Below, piece by piece: positions 29,039-39,849 of a stretch of DNA of 64,000 nucleotides. The stretch spans positions 8,361 through 72,360 of the forward strand of contig JBPPMJ010000006.1 of the NCBI GenBank assembly GCA_051306005.1, written 5' to 3'. The DNA is from Minisyncoccota bacterium. GTDB lineage: Bacteria > Patescibacteriota > Minisyncoccia > Moranbacterales > UBA1568. The number at the start of each line of letters is the position of its first letter. The stretch's first letter is position 1. The position numbers and the translations under genes were made by a program. The notes below the pieces were generated by a model that was not told the DNA's origin, did no database searches, and saw nothing but the letters and a program-made list of their open reading frames with translations.

Positions 29039-30607
29039 TCAGTTGGAGAGTGTTGAGATGAGACTAGTACCATTCATTTCGGGTGGCTTTGGAATATTTA
29101 AGATATCTAAAATAGTTGGTGCGACATCTGACAGAAGCCCATTCACCTCGTTTTGTTCTTGGGTCATTTTGGCTGGAGTTTTTTCATGATGATTGGTTGG
29201 TGTAATATACCAGAGAGGGACAGGGTTAGCAGAATGTTCCGTATCAATTTCTCCAGTTTCCGTTTTTTTGAGTTCTTCGGCATTGCCATGATCTGAGGTA
29301 ATGATCAGTGCCCCGCCTACTTTGAGTACTGCTGGAATTAAAATAGAAAGGCTTTTATCCGTTGCCTCTACGGCCTTTATAGAGGCGGGCTCATTGCCAG
29401 TATGTGCTACCATATCTGGATTGGCATAGTTCACAAGAATGAAGTCATATTCATTTGTTTCAAGGCTGGCAATCAATGAGTCTGTAATCTGAGGTGAACT
29501 CATCTCAGGCACTTCATCAAAATGCGAGGTGGTTGGTGATGGAATGAGGATACGATCTTCTCCTGGAAATGGCTTTTCTTTGCCTCCATTGAAAAAATAA
29601 GTGACATGAGCGTATTTTTCTGTTTCTGTGATGCGTAGCTGTTTTTTGTTGGCCTTGCTGAGGACTTCGCCCAAACTATTGTTAATATCACTGGGAGGAA
29701 AGGCGACATGAACAGGGAGGTTGGCTTCATATTCGGTGAATGTTGTAAAATAGATATTTAAAGGGATTCTCACGAAGCCATCAAAATTTGGTATGACAAA
29801 GGCTTTGGTCATTTCTCTGGCCCGATCTTCGCGGAAATTGAAGAAAATAACAGAATCCTGATTTTTGATGAGTGCGACCGGCGAGTCATTCTCCAACAGG
29901 ACAGTTGGTTCGATATATTCATCTGTTACTCCGCTTGCATAAGATTGCTCCAAGACTAACAACGGATCTTCTGCAGTATTGCCGACTCCTTCTGTCAACA
30001 TACGATAACTTTTTTCAATGCGATCCCAATTATTGTTGCGATCCATGGAAAAATTACGCCCTGATAAGCTGGCAATTTTTCCAATTCCAATAATAGCCAT
30101 TTCTCGCAATAAGTCTTTTATTTGGTGGATGCCATCCGTTGGTGCCGAGTCCCGCCCGTCCATAAAAGCATGTAGATAGACATCTTCTAAGCCCTCATTT
30201 TTAGCAAGACGTAATAAAGCTAGTATGTGGTCTTTATGAGAATGAACTGACCCGGAACTGACGAGACCCATAAGGTGGAGTTTTCCTCCTCTCGTTTTTA
30301 CGGTTTGTATTGTTTCTATCAAAACTGGATTGAGAAAAAAACTATTATCTCGGATTGCAAGTGAAATGCGGGGCATATTCTGATAGACGACACGTCCGGC
30401 ACCCATTGTCATATGACCGACTTCACTGTTGCCGGCCGTATTCCAAGGGAGGCCGACAGAAATACCTGATGCCTGAAGAGCGGTCATTGGATAAAAACGA
30501 TTTAGCTTGTCAAAAGTGGGGAGAACGGCCTCGCGAACAGGATTGCCCTGTACGTTGTTGCTTATACCCCATCCATCGAGAACAACAAGAATTAAAGGTT
30601 TGTACAT
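29039..30607 (-). CDS. gpmI: 2,3-bisphosphoglycerate-independent phosphoglycerate mutase
   Basis: LVVLDGWG N-terminal motif. Full-length iPGM of 522 aa. Confidence 0.9.
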   Translation of the reverse strand: MYKPLILVVLDGWGISNNVQGNPVREAVLPTFDKLNRFYPMTALQASGISVGLPWNTAGNSEVGHMTMGAGRVVYQNMPRISLAIRDNSFFLNPVLIETIQTVKTRGGKLHLMGLVSSGSVHSHKDHILALLRLAKNEGLEDVYLHAFMDGRDSAPTDGIHQIKDLLREMAIIGIGKIASLSGRNFSMDRNNNWDRIEKSYRMLTEGVGNTAEDPLLVLEQSYASGVTDEYIEPTVLLENDSPVALIKNQDSVIFFNFREDRAREMTKAFVIPNFDGFVRIPLNIYFTTFTEYEANLPVHVAFPPSDINNSLGEVLSKANKKQLRITETEKYAHVTYFFNGGKEKPFPGEDRILIPSPTTSHFDEVPEMSSPQITDSLIASLETNEYDFILVNYANPDMVAHTGNEPASIKAVEATDKSLSILIPAVLKVGGALIITSDHGNAEELKKTETGEIDTEHSANPVPLWYITPTNHHEKTPAKMTQEQNEVNGLLSDVAPTILDILNIPKPPEMNGTSLISTLSN

Positions 30608-30853
30608 TATCGTGTATATTGATTAACAATTCAGTATAATATGAGTATATCATTATTTTGCTTTTGACAACAGGTTTCTTTTTCTGTATCCTGGCAATAG
30701 GATTAATTGTTGAATTATTGCTCCAGTCTGATAGTTGAAGCCATGGCGAATTATTGAAATTATGACAAATCGTATATTCCAAAGCGTTTTCTTGCCAGAT
30801 GTGTTACAAGGCGTAATAATTTTGTTGTTTGGCAGTGTCGCTTTTTTTGTGAT

Positions 30854-32416
30854 TTGACTATCAGTTGCGTGCAGTGTACTCGTATGTCAATCAGCGTATT
30901 ATATTTTCTGTTGGCGGGTGTTTGTCTTGTTGGCGGAGCAGTGGGAGGGTATTGGTTACGGCAAAATATTGCTAAACGTCAATTGTCGACTGCAGAAGGA
31001 CAAGCAGCAAAACTTTTGGAAAAAGCCGAAGTGACTGTCAAGGAAATTACCATTGAAGCAAAAAACAAGGCTGTTGAAATTTTGGAAGAAGCTAAAAAAA
31101 GCGAGAAGGCACGAGAAGAAAAGATTCTGTTACAGGAACAGCGTGTCGAGAAGCGTGTCGAACAAACTGAAGCCTTGGCACAGGAAGTAGACGCCGAGAA
31201 ACGACGTTTGCTTCAAAAGGCGGAAGAAATCAGGGAAATTCATCGGGAAACAGAAGCAGTGCGTCAACAAGAATTGACACGCCTGGAATCGCTTTCGCAA
31301 CTTTCCAGAGAAGAAGCGGAAAAAAAGATTTTTGCGTTGGTAGAAGAAGAGAGTAAGGATGCTCTTGTGAAACGTATGTCCAAGCTGGAGAAAGAGGCAC
31401 ATGATGAACTAGAAAAACGCTCTTTGAATATTATGGCGACGGTGATTCAGAAATATTCCCGTTCCCATGTCTCTGAGTTTACGACAACCACCGTTCCCAT
31501 TCCTTCTGATGAAGTAAAAGGAAAAATTATTGGAAAAGAAGGACGGAACATTCGTGCTCTAGAAAAAGAAACCGGTGTGGAGTTTATTGTGGATGATACA
31601 CCAGAAACGGTGATTATTTCTGGTTTTGATCCAGTGCGTCGTGAAATTGCTCGCATTGCTTTGGAAAAATTAATTGCTGATGGACGTATTCATCCAGCTC
31701 GTATTGAAGAGGCTGTGGAAGAAGGGAAAAAAGAAATTGACATAAAAATCAAAGAAGCTGGTGAGACGGCTGCGTATGATGCTGGTATTGCTGGTCTGCA
31801 TCCGAAACTCTTGTATATTTTGGGACGGCTTCGTTTTCGGTATAGTTACAAGCAAAATGTTCTCTTGCATTCATTGGAGGTGTCATATCTGGCTGGGGCT
31901 TTGGCAGCTGAGTTGGGTGCTGATGTTGCTTGTGCCAAGAAGGCTGGACTGCTTCATGATATCGGCAAGGCGGTTGACCATGAAATCGAGGGAACACATG
32001 TCAAGATCGGTATGCGTATTTTGGAAAAATTTGGAATTGGGCAAAATGTGATTGATGGTATGAAGTGTCATCACGATGAATATCCTCATCAAACCATCGA
32101 ATCTTTCATTGTTACTGCTGCTGATGCTATTTCCGCTGCTCGTCCTGGCGCGCGCAAGGAAACGGCCGAGAAGTATATCAAACGTTTGGAAGAGTTGGAG
32201 ACATTGGTCAATTCTTATCCTGAAGTAGAAAAATCATACGCGATTCAAGCAGGGCGCGAAGTACGTATTTTTGTCAACCCTGAAAAGACCGATGATTTTG
32301 GGGCGATGAAATTGGCGCGAGATATTGCCAAACGTATAGAGGAAGAATTGAAATATCCTGGAGAAATCAAGGTGAATGTGTTTCGTGAGACACGAGCTAT
32401 TGAGTACGCACGCTAA
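30854..32416 (+). CDS. rny: ribonuclease Y
   Basis: N-terminal TM, long coiled coil, KH ([13 protein letters not shown]) and HD (LLHDIGKA) domains. Confidence 0.9.
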   Translation: MTISCVQCTRMSISVLYFLLAGVCLVGGAVGGYWLRQNIAKRQLSTAEGQAAKLLEKAEVTVKEITIEAKNKAVEILEEAKKSEKAREEKILLQEQRVEKRVEQTEALAQEVDAEKRRLLQKAEEIREIHRETEAVRQQELTRLESLSQLSREEAEKKIFALVEEESKDALVKRMSKLEKEAHDELEKRSLNIMATVIQKYSRSHVSEFTTTTVPIPSDEVKGKIIGKEGRNIRALEKETGVEFIVDDTPETVIISGFDPVRREIARIALEKLIADGRIHPARIEEAVEEGKKEIDIKIKEAGETAAYDAGIAGLHPKLLYILGRLRFRYSYKQNVLLHSLEVSYLAGALAAELGADVACAKKAGLLHDIGKAVDHEIEGTHVKIGMRILEKFGIGQNVIDGMKCHHDEYPHQTIESFIVTAADAISAARPGARKETAEKYIKRLEELETLVNSYPEVEKSYAIQAGREVRIFVNPEKTDDFGAMKLARDIAKRIEEELKYPGEIKVNVFRETRAIEYAR

Positions 32417-32628
32417 CTTTGAAATGCCATGTTGAGGCTGATACACCCAGTTTTTTTGAGGGGCTTATGAGTGAATATGGCAGGGAATGGCTTAGGTATT
32501 GCGCTTTTTTAAAAAAAGGCTTAGACTCAAGAATAGGAGGCAATAACTGGTATTTTTGTCGCTATTCTCCTGTTTTCAGTATGAATAGCTGATGAAATGC
32601 TTAACTAGAAAGGCAGGTGAAAGAAATT

Positions 32629-32910
32629 ATGAAAAATATCAATAAAGACACGCTTGTTCATGCGCTTATGAATAAGACGGAGCTTTCCAAGAAAGATGTT
32701 GAAGCAGTACTTGAATGTATGGTGGATGAGATTACGGCTGAGCTGAGTAGTGGAAACAAGGTCACTCTCACTGGCTTCGGAACGTTTAAGGTATCCGATC
32801 GTGCTGCCAGAGAAGGTATCAACCCACAGACAAAAGCCAAGATTACGATTCCAGCGATGCGCGTTCCTAAGTTTACTGCTGGCAAAACATTGAAAGAGGC
32901 AGTAAAATAG
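32629..32910 (+). CDS. hup: DNA-binding protein HU
   Basis: GFGTFKVSDRAAREGINPQTKAKITIPAMRVPKFTAGKTLKEAV. AGGTGA RBS upstream of ATG 32629. Confidence 0.85.
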   Translation: MKNINKDTLVHALMNKTELSKKDVEAVLECMVDEITAELSSGNKVTLTGFGTFKVSDRAAREGINPQTKAKITIPAMRVPKFTAGKTLKEAVK

Positions 32911-32982
32911 TAATAAGAGAATATTGGTCATCAGGTGTATCATGCATCAAACTGATTTTTCTTAGGCAGATCAAAAGATAGG

Positions 32983-33020
32983 GTTGCAATCCCGCTTTTG
33001 CGGGATTGCAACTTTGTTTG
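32983..33020 (+). terminator. intrinsic terminator (13-bp perfect stem) after hup
   Basis: gttgcaatcccgc-tttt-gcgggattgcaac followed by tttgtttg. Confidence 0.65.
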
Positions 33021-33048
33021 TAGAGTGTAGCTGATAACCATTGAAAAA

Positions 33049-33119
33049 CGGGGCATAGTATAGTGGTAGTACGAGTGGTTTGGGACCATTTAGTCTCGGT
33101 TCGATTCCGAGTGCCCCGA
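33049..33119 (+). tRNA. tRNA-Pro(TGG), CCA not encoded
   Basis: CGGGGCA...TGCCCCG-A. Anticodon loop TTTGGGA. T-arm CTCGG-TTCGATT-CCGAG. Confidence 0.85.
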
Positions 33120-33128
33120 CAATATTGT

Positions 33129-34151
33129 ATGAAAAAAGTAGTCACGATTGGTGGAGGGACAGGAAGTTTTATGTTGCTTTCTGGGCTCAAACAGTATCCT
33201 ATTGAGCTTTCCGCAATCGTTTCCATGGCTGATGACGGAGGATCAACGGGTGTTCTGCGTGATGAATTGGGAGTCCTGCCACCAGGTGATGTACGTCAGT
33301 GTCTTGTAGCTCTTTCGGATTCATCAGCGATGTTGCGTGAGTTGATGAATTATCGTTTTTCAGAAGGTGGATTGACGGGGCATAGTTTCGGTAATCTTTT
33401 TCTCTCTGCCTTGGAAAAGATTACGGGTGATTTTTCGGATGGAGTGCACGAAGCTGCCAAGATTTTGAATGTCAAAGGAGAGGTTATCCCCGTTACCAAG
33501 ACAGATACCAAATTAAAAGTGCATTTACAGGATGGACATACCTTGTCTGGTGAACATGAGATCAATACCAGTGATGCGGTAGGGAACATTGGTGTCAAAA
33601 AAGTGTTTCTGCATCCTCGTGCTATTGCGCATCCTCGTGCTATTGAAAAGATTCTTGAGGCAGACCTCATTATTATTGGTCCGGGCAATCATTATTGTAG
33701 TATTTTGCCAAATTTTCTGGTTTCTGGCGTTGCCGATGCTCTCTGTCGTTCCAATGCGACCGTGGTCTATAATTGCAACCTGGTCAATAAGCGTGGACAT
33801 ACGGATGGATTTACTTTGGATCGATATGTCGCAGAGATACATGCTTGTTTAGGTAGAGAGCGAATAGACTTTGTCACATGGAATGTGCGTCAACCAGCGA
33901 GTGCCTTGTTGCATCGTTATGCCAAGGAAAATGGTGAATTGGTACCTTTTGTATTAGCAGAAAATAAAAAACGTCAGTATCGGGTATTGAGAACGGATTT
34001 GTTGAGCCGTCAATTGGTAAAGCGTGACAAATCTGATAAAATTGCTCAAATGCGCTCTTTTATTCGTCATGATCCCAAAAAATTGGCGCAGGCGTTGATG
34101 ATGATTGCTGAGATACATGAATATGAAAATATTTTACGCGATATTGTGTAG
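33129..34151 (+). CDS. yvcK: gluconeogenesis factor YvcK / CofD-like (UPF0052)
   Basis: VVTIGGGTGSF ... IVSMADDGGSTGVLR. Contains an in-frame tandem duplication HPRAIAHPRAI. Confidence 0.8.
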   Translation: MKKVVTIGGGTGSFMLLSGLKQYPIELSAIVSMADDGGSTGVLRDELGVLPPGDVRQCLVALSDSSAMLRELMNYRFSEGGLTGHSFGNLFLSALEKITGDFSDGVHEAAKILNVKGEVIPVTKTDTKLKVHLQDGHTLSGEHEINTSDAVGNIGVKKVFLHPRAIAHPRAIEKILEADLIIIGPGNHYCSILPNFLVSGVADALCRSNATVVYNCNLVNKRGHTDGFTLDRYVAEIHACLGRERIDFVTWNVRQPASALLHRYAKENGELVPFVLAENKKRQYRVLRTDLLSRQLVKRDKSDKIAQMRSFIRHDPKKLAQALMMIAEIHEYENILRDIV

Positions 34152-34186
34152 ATGTGTGATAGTGACAGTGATGCATTGAGGCTTTC

Positions 34187-35011
34187 TTGAGGCAAGAAAA
34201 GATGACGATGTTTTTTGACAACAGGGAGAAAAAGAGTATAATAGAAAAACTACTTATGGCACAACATACCATTATTTTAAAGGAAAAACAGATAGTTGCG
34301 GATGGCACCATACTTTTTGTTTTTGAGAAGCCAGTGGGTTATCAGTTTCAGGCTGGTCAGTATGTGGCAGTAACGGTTTTCAATACCGCAAACCTTCCAG
34401 TAGATAGTAAAGGACTGACGCGTTCCCTCTCTTTATCTTCTGCTCCTTATGAACCGATGTTGTTTTTGGCAATGCGTTCAGGAGAAACTACTTTCAAAAA
34501 AATTTTTTGGCAGATGGTGCCGGGAGATATGATCAAAGTCACTGATCCAGTTGGCAATTTTATCGTTACGCCAGAAATCAAGAAACACCCTATCGTTTTT
34601 TTGGTTGGAGGAATTGGTATTACCCCGGTACGCAGTATTCTCAAACAAATGGAACATGATCAGGATTCAGTATCTTGCACGCTATTATATGCCAACCGAT
34701 TGCTTGATGACGCTTCTTTTCTAGAAGAATTAAGCACTTTGACTTTGGCTGGCTGTCGAACGGTTTCCATATTGAGCCAGTCAAAAGAACCTTGCCTGTC
34801 AATCAATGATGAACGAGGATATATCAATGAGACTTTATTGCGAAAATATGTTCCGAAAATTCAGGAAAGTTTTTATTACATTGTCGGGTCGCTAGATTTT
34901 AGCAATGCCATGGAAATGCTATTGAACAATTTGGGTGTTGCAAAGGAGCATCGTAAACAAGATTTGTTTACGGGATTGCGAGTGACACCAAAAAAAGAAA
35001 ATACTCTCTAA
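34187..35011 (+). CDS. FAD/NAD(P)-binding oxidoreductase (ferredoxin-NADP reductase-like)
   Basis: RSLSLSS (RxYS-type FAD motif). VFLVGGIGITPVRSIL NAD-binding motif. Confidence 0.7.
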   Translation: MRQEKMTMFFDNREKKSIIEKLLMAQHTIILKEKQIVADGTILFVFEKPVGYQFQAGQYVAVTVFNTANLPVDSKGLTRSLSLSSAPYEPMLFLAMRSGETTFKKIFWQMVPGDMIKVTDPVGNFIVTPEIKKHPIVFLVGGIGITPVRSILKQMEHDQDSVSCTLLYANRLLDDASFLEELSTLTLAGCRTVSILSQSKEPCLSINDERGYINETLLRKYVPKIQESFYYIVGSLDFSNAMEMLLNNLGVAKEHRKQDLFTGLRVTPKKENTL

Positions 35012-35025
35012 TGGAGAAAAAGAAG

Positions 35026-35097
35026 CGGGTATCGTATAATGGTTATTATATCAGCCTTCCAAGCTGAGGATGACGGTTCGATTCCGTTTACCCGCTC
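35026..35097 (+). tRNA. tRNA-Gly(TCC), CCA not encoded
   Basis: GCGGGTA...TACCCGC-T. Anticodon loop CTTCCAA. T-arm GACGG-TTCGATT-CCGTT. Confidence 0.85.
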
Positions 35098-35472
35098 AAA
35101 AATAGTGTGTTCTCTATACCCGGATGTGGATGTTTTTTACCGCCTTTGCAGGGAATGCCACTTATCTATCAGCAGTGTAGCGAAGGCGAAGCGAGAGAGA
35201 TGTTCAATTCTGTCGGACGATCGCGCTCATGGTTCTACATACTGAAAAATATAAACAGGTTATCTTTTATCTCTGCGCCAGGTTAAGCAAAGAGATGTGA
35301 GGAAAGAAGAAACGGCTGAAAGAGTAGTAGATATTTTCTAGTTGATGGGACGGTGGTATTATCACTGACTGAAAGATACGCATTGGATAGCTTTGTGAGG
35401 GGACTATTTTTTGTTTTAAAGAAAAAATGGTATACTGAAAGGTACTTTATAAATTATGATGCGGGAACGTTT

Positions 35473-36729
35473 ATGTTGCCAACATGGATGACGTGGCGTC
35501 CGCGGGCGTTACGTAAAAAACATCTTTTTCTTCTTGTATCGGGAACATGTTTGCTTATTGGGTCCGTATATTTTGTGATGTCGTTCTTTTTTTCGGAGCG
35601 TGTAGAGCAACATATGACACTGGCAAATACCCGGGATTTTACATTGACTGATTGGGTAGAAGAGAAGCCTGTCTTGGAACCAAGTGATATTCCTCAAAGT
35701 GAATCACGGGATGCTTTGACTGTGTTGCCACCACCACCGCCACCCAAGGTGAATCAGATGAAACGTCAGGGATGTGTGGCGGATGGGTTCTTGTCTGGAT
35801 ATGGCGGTGACGTCAATAGTTCTATCGCGCTTATAAACCGTTCACAGTGTTATTACCTGCACAGAGCATTGGAAACATGGCTCAAGCCACCAGATTTTGA
35901 GTTGGCTCGGGAGATACAAAAACGTGTGACGAAACCGAATACGGTATATGGCATGTTTTTAGCGGAAGCCATTAGTACCAAATCTGATTATTTTTATCCG
36001 GCTGAAAACCGTAATTTCGATTTTGAGGCGATGTGTCGACCAGGAACCAAAAATGATTGGGGGGAACACACCTGCAAACCATCCTTGCAACGGGAAGAGT
36101 ACCGGAAATATGTGCAATATATCGCTGAACAAGCTATGGATATGGGCATCCAGGTGTTTCTTTTTGGACAAGTATTTTATCAAGACAGTGCTAATATGAA
36201 GGAAACGCACATGCCAGATGTGATACAAGGAATGCGAGAATACGCATTGTTTCGAGGCATGGATATTTTGATTGGTGCTCAGACTAATGACATTACAGAT
36301 GAATCGTATTTGCGCTTGTTTGATTTTATTGAAGGCGGAGTGGGACTTAAGGATGACGGGGCTGTCGAACGTGATGCGTGTTTCTCCCGTTGGTGGAAAA
36401 GACCAGGGGACTGGTGTTGGGCGTTGTTATGGCATGATAATTTTTCCAAAAAAGCCAACAACGTTTTTGTGCATTTTGATTGGAGTGGAAAGGTGGGTGA
36501 TGATATGAGTGTCTTTACGCGTATGTCACCTGATGAACGTGCCGTTACCTTGAGCCGACTCCATAATTATTTCTTGAATCGAGATGTCGGTTTTTTGATG
36601 CCAGTCCTGGCGACCTTGCATCGGGACAATGGCGGTTGTCATGGAGCGAAAAAAGGTTTTTACTCAGCTAGTCGTAAATACTCCTGTCAGGATGAAGAGG
36701 TTATCAATGAAATCTTGATGAAAAAATAA
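35473..36729 (+). CDS. hypothetical membrane-anchored protein (Pro-rich linker, Cys/Trp-rich ectodomain)
   Basis: ORF opens at 35353. Plausible start MLPTWMTW. TM LFLLVSGTCLLIGSVYFVM. PPPPPP linker. Confidence 0.5.
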   Translation: MLPTWMTWRPRALRKKHLFLLVSGTCLLIGSVYFVMSFFFSERVEQHMTLANTRDFTLTDWVEEKPVLEPSDIPQSESRDALTVLPPPPPPKVNQMKRQGCVADGFLSGYGGDVNSSIALINRSQCYYLHRALETWLKPPDFELAREIQKRVTKPNTVYGMFLAEAISTKSDYFYPAENRNFDFEAMCRPGTKNDWGEHTCKPSLQREEYRKYVQYIAEQAMDMGIQVFLFGQVFYQDSANMKETHMPDVIQGMREYALFRGMDILIGAQTNDITDESYLRLFDFIEGGVGLKDDGAVERDACFSRWWKRPGDWCWALLWHDNFSKKANNVFVHFDWSGKVGDDMSVFTRMSPDERAVTLSRLHNYFLNRDVGFLMPVLATLHRDNGGCHGAKKGFYSASRKYSCQDEEVINEILMKK

Positions 36730-36806
36730 TGCTTTATCTGTATACATAGCGTAGCTCGTCTTTCGTGTTGTTTTTTGATATACTGAAAGTACATTGATGT
36801 ATTGCT

Positions 36807-37130
36807 ATGTTACGTAATTCAGATGCTATCTTGTTTCAACGGCGCAAAGAGAACTTCAAATGTGGATATTGTGGTTTTCAAATGACGGGAAACGGCTATA
36901 CCAATCATTGTGCCCGGTGTTTGTATAGTAAGCATGTTGATGTGTTTCCAGGGGATCGAATGGCAAAATGCCAGGGACTCATGGAACCGGTAACGGTGAC
37001 AGCATCAGATGCGGGATATCGTTTACAACACCGTTGCCTGTGTTGTGGATACGTGAAAAATAATAAAACGGATCCGAGAGACAGTTTTGAGGCACTGCTT
37101 TGTTTGGCCAAACGTCTCGTTCATGAGTAG
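36807..37130 (+). CDS. RNHCP-domain zinc-ribbon protein
   Basis: CGYCGF...NHCARC...CLCCGY cysteine pattern with the NHC motif. Confidence 0.5.
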   Translation: MLRNSDAILFQRRKENFKCGYCGFQMTGNGYTNHCARCLYSKHVDVFPGDRMAKCQGLMEPVTVTASDAGYRLQHRCLCCGYVKNNKTDPRDSFEALLCLAKRLVHE

Positions 37131-37176
37131 AATTTTCCACGCCGACTCAAAAAGAAAAATACAACTACTCTGATTT

Positions 37177-39735
37177 ATGATATGGAAAAAAATGGCTTCC
37201 CAGGATGGGGAGCAAGTATTGGCGGAAATAGGGAGTTTCTCTGTTGGTTTGTCGTCTGCGGAAGCGCGTCAGCGTCTACATGCTCAATCCCATCATTCTT
37301 TTCAGGAAACACGTTTTTCTATGTGGAGTCTTTTGGTAAAGAAATTGCGCTCAACTTTTTTGTATTTGCTCTTGACCGCATCCGCTATTTCTTATTTCCT
37401 AGGAGACCGTTTTGAAGCATTGCTTATTTTGCTCTTTGTCGTTATTAATATTAGTTTGGAAACGTATCAGGAGTATCATGCACAAAAATCATTACGTTTA
37501 TTGAAACAGTATCTGGTAACTCACACACGCGTGCGTCGTAATGGAGAAGTAATGATGATAGAAAGTCAGAACGTGGTGGTGGGAGATATTGTCATAGTGG
37601 AGGCCGGAGATCGCTTGTCAGCCGATATGCGTTTTTTGATAACGCAAGGATTGACCGTGGATGAAAGTTTGATGACTGGAGAATCAGTGGCAGTGACGAA
37701 AACAGATAGCATTCCCGAGGTTATGCCGACAGAAGTCTATGAGGCGAAAAACATCGGTTTTGCTGGTACGGTTGTGATGACAGGTCGTGGGGAAGGAGTT
37801 GTGTTTGCTCTTGGTGCTGAAACGGCATTGGGAGACATCGCCTTGTTGATGGAGGATAATGATCACAAAACAGAATTTGAAAAGGGCATCGTGGAATTCA
37901 GTCGTTTTGTTGTCAAGCTGGTTATATTCACTATCGCGCTCATGTTCATTGCCAATATAGTCATTCGTGGGAATGGTGTAGGTATCGGTGAATTGCTTGT
38001 GTTTTCTTTGGCACTAGCAGTTTCTGTCGTTCCAGAGGCTCTGCCAGTTATTGTTACAATGGCACTGTCACGCGGATCATTGCGTTTGGCGCATAAAAAG
38101 GTGGTAGTGAAACGCTTGTCGGCTATTGAAGATTTGGGCAGTATTGAAATACTGTGCACAGATAAAACCGGTACATTGACGGAGAATGTTTTGACAGTGA
38201 GTCAGGTACATGCTGATCATCCGAATCTTTGTTTGCAGTTGGCTTTTGCGGCGGCACTAGAGGCACCTGGTCACCACGGAGGATTGCACGACGCTTTTGA
38301 TATTGCTTTACAAAAAAAACTTTCATCAGAGGAACAACACAACGTTTCTCAGTGGGAACGTTTGAATACCATTCCTTTTGATCCGGAAAGAAGACGTAAT
38401 AGTGTACTTCTAAAAACAGCAACACAAAAGCAGTTGGTAGTGCGCGGAGCACCAGAAGATATTTTGAGGCTTTCAAAAAATATGACTGTTTATACGAAGC
38501 ATCGCCTTATGGAATGGATACAAAAGCGGGGTAACGCAGGAGAACGTGTCTTGGCCGTCGCTTGCCGTACTTTTTCCGGACATGTGCGTTACAGTCCATA
38601 TGAGGAACAGGAATTAGAATTTATTGGTCTTATTTCTTTTGTTGATGGTATCAAGCATACCGCTAAGGCAACAGTGGCAAAGGCACGTTCTTTGAATGTG
38701 CAGGTCAAAATCTTGACCGGTGATAGTCCGGAAGTAGCAGGTGCTGTTGGTTGCGCGGTCGGATTGTTGCAAAGCACAAAAGAAGTTGTCGTTGGGAAGA
38801 CACTTTTTTCAATGTCTGAAGCGACGCGACGTCAAACGATTGTTTCAGCAAGTGTCTTTGCTCGTGTGTCACCAAGGGAAAAATATGAGATTATCAAGGT
38901 TCTTCAAGAACATCGTTCTGTCGGTTTTTTGGGCGAGGGCATCAATGATGCGCCGGCACTCAAAATTGCTGATGTTGGCATTGTCGTGAAAGGCGCTGCG
39001 GATATCGCGCGTGAAGCTGCGGATGTGGTTTTGTTACAAAAGAATTTGGATACAATTATCGACGGTATCAAAGAAGGACGGGCTATCTTTGCCAATATAT
39101 TGAAATACCTCCGCATTACATTGACTTCAAATTTTGGTAATTTTTATTCAGTTGCCTTGGCATCTTTGTTTCTTCCGTTCATTCCATTGTTGCCCATTCA
39201 GATCTTACTTCTCAATCTTTTGTCTGATTTCCCGATGATTGCCATAGCGACTGATACCGTGGATGATAATGATATTGCTCAACCGAAAACGCATAATATA
39301 CACGCTATTATTTTGATGGCGACTTTGTTTGGGGGAGTAAGTTCTTTATTTGATTTTATGTTATTTGGTATTTTTGCTAAAGTATCACCGGAAACTTTGC
39401 AGACAGCCTGGTTTTTATTGAGTGTGATTACAGAGGTGTTCTTGATCTTTTCTTTACGCACCAGATTGGTTTTTTTCCGCGCTCAGAGACCATCATGGCT
39501 ATTATTATGCCTTTCTTTTATTGCATTAGGCACTGCTTTTCTTACTCCTTTCCTTATACTTGGACACGAAGCTTTTCATTTCATTCAACCAGACCAGACA
39601 TTCTTTATGACCATTGCTTTGTTGGCTATTGGCTATTTCTTTGCCACGGAAATTACTAAATTCCTTTATTATCATCATTGGAATGGTACGAATCTGCATC
39701 TTGGGAAAAATAAGAAACGTCATTTGGCAGTGTAA
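37177..39735 (+). CDS. cation-transporting P-type ATPase (P2/P3-type, Mg2+/Ca2+-like)
   Basis: DKTGTLTEN phosphorylation motif, TGDSPEVA, GEGINDAPALKIADVGI, and 10 predicted TMs. Confidence 0.85.
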   Translation: MIWKKMASQDGEQVLAEIGSFSVGLSSAEARQRLHAQSHHSFQETRFSMWSLLVKKLRSTFLYLLLTASAISYFLGDRFEALLILLFVVINISLETYQEYHAQKSLRLLKQYLVTHTRVRRNGEVMMIESQNVVVGDIVIVEAGDRLSADMRFLITQGLTVDESLMTGESVAVTKTDSIPEVMPTEVYEAKNIGFAGTVVMTGRGEGVVFALGAETALGDIALLMEDNDHKTEFEKGIVEFSRFVVKLVIFTIALMFIANIVIRGNGVGIGELLVFSLALAVSVVPEALPVIVTMALSRGSLRLAHKKVVVKRLSAIEDLGSIEILCTDKTGTLTENVLTVSQVHADHPNLCLQLAFAAALEAPGHHGGLHDAFDIALQKKLSSEEQHNVSQWERLNTIPFDPERRRNSVLLKTATQKQLVVRGAPEDILRLSKNMTVYTKHRLMEWIQKRGNAGERVLAVACRTFSGHVRYSPYEEQELEFIGLISFVDGIKHTAKATVAKARSLNVQVKILTGDSPEVAGAVGCAVGLLQSTKEVVVGKTLFSMSEATRRQTIVSASVFARVSPREKYEIIKVLQEHRSVGFLGEGINDAPALKIADVGIVVKGAADIAREAADVVLLQKNLDTIIDGIKEGRAIFANILKYLRITLTSNFGNFYSVALASLFLPFIPLLPIQILLLNLLSDFPMIAIATDTVDDNDIAQPKTHNIHAIILMATLFGGVSSLFDFMLFGIFAKVSPETLQTAWFLLSVITEVFLIFSLRTRLVFFRAQRPSWLLLCLSFIALGTAFLTPFLILGHEAFHFIQPDQTFFMTIALLAIGYFFATEITKFLYYHHWNGTNLHLGKNKKRHLAV

Positions 39736-39849
39736 GAATTTTTTGAAAAACTCAACGGAAAGAAAAAATGAAACCAAACCTCCCCAACGATTGATTAAAC
39801 CAAAAAACAGACCTTTTTGAGTCTGTTTTTCGTAAGATCAGAGACTAGT

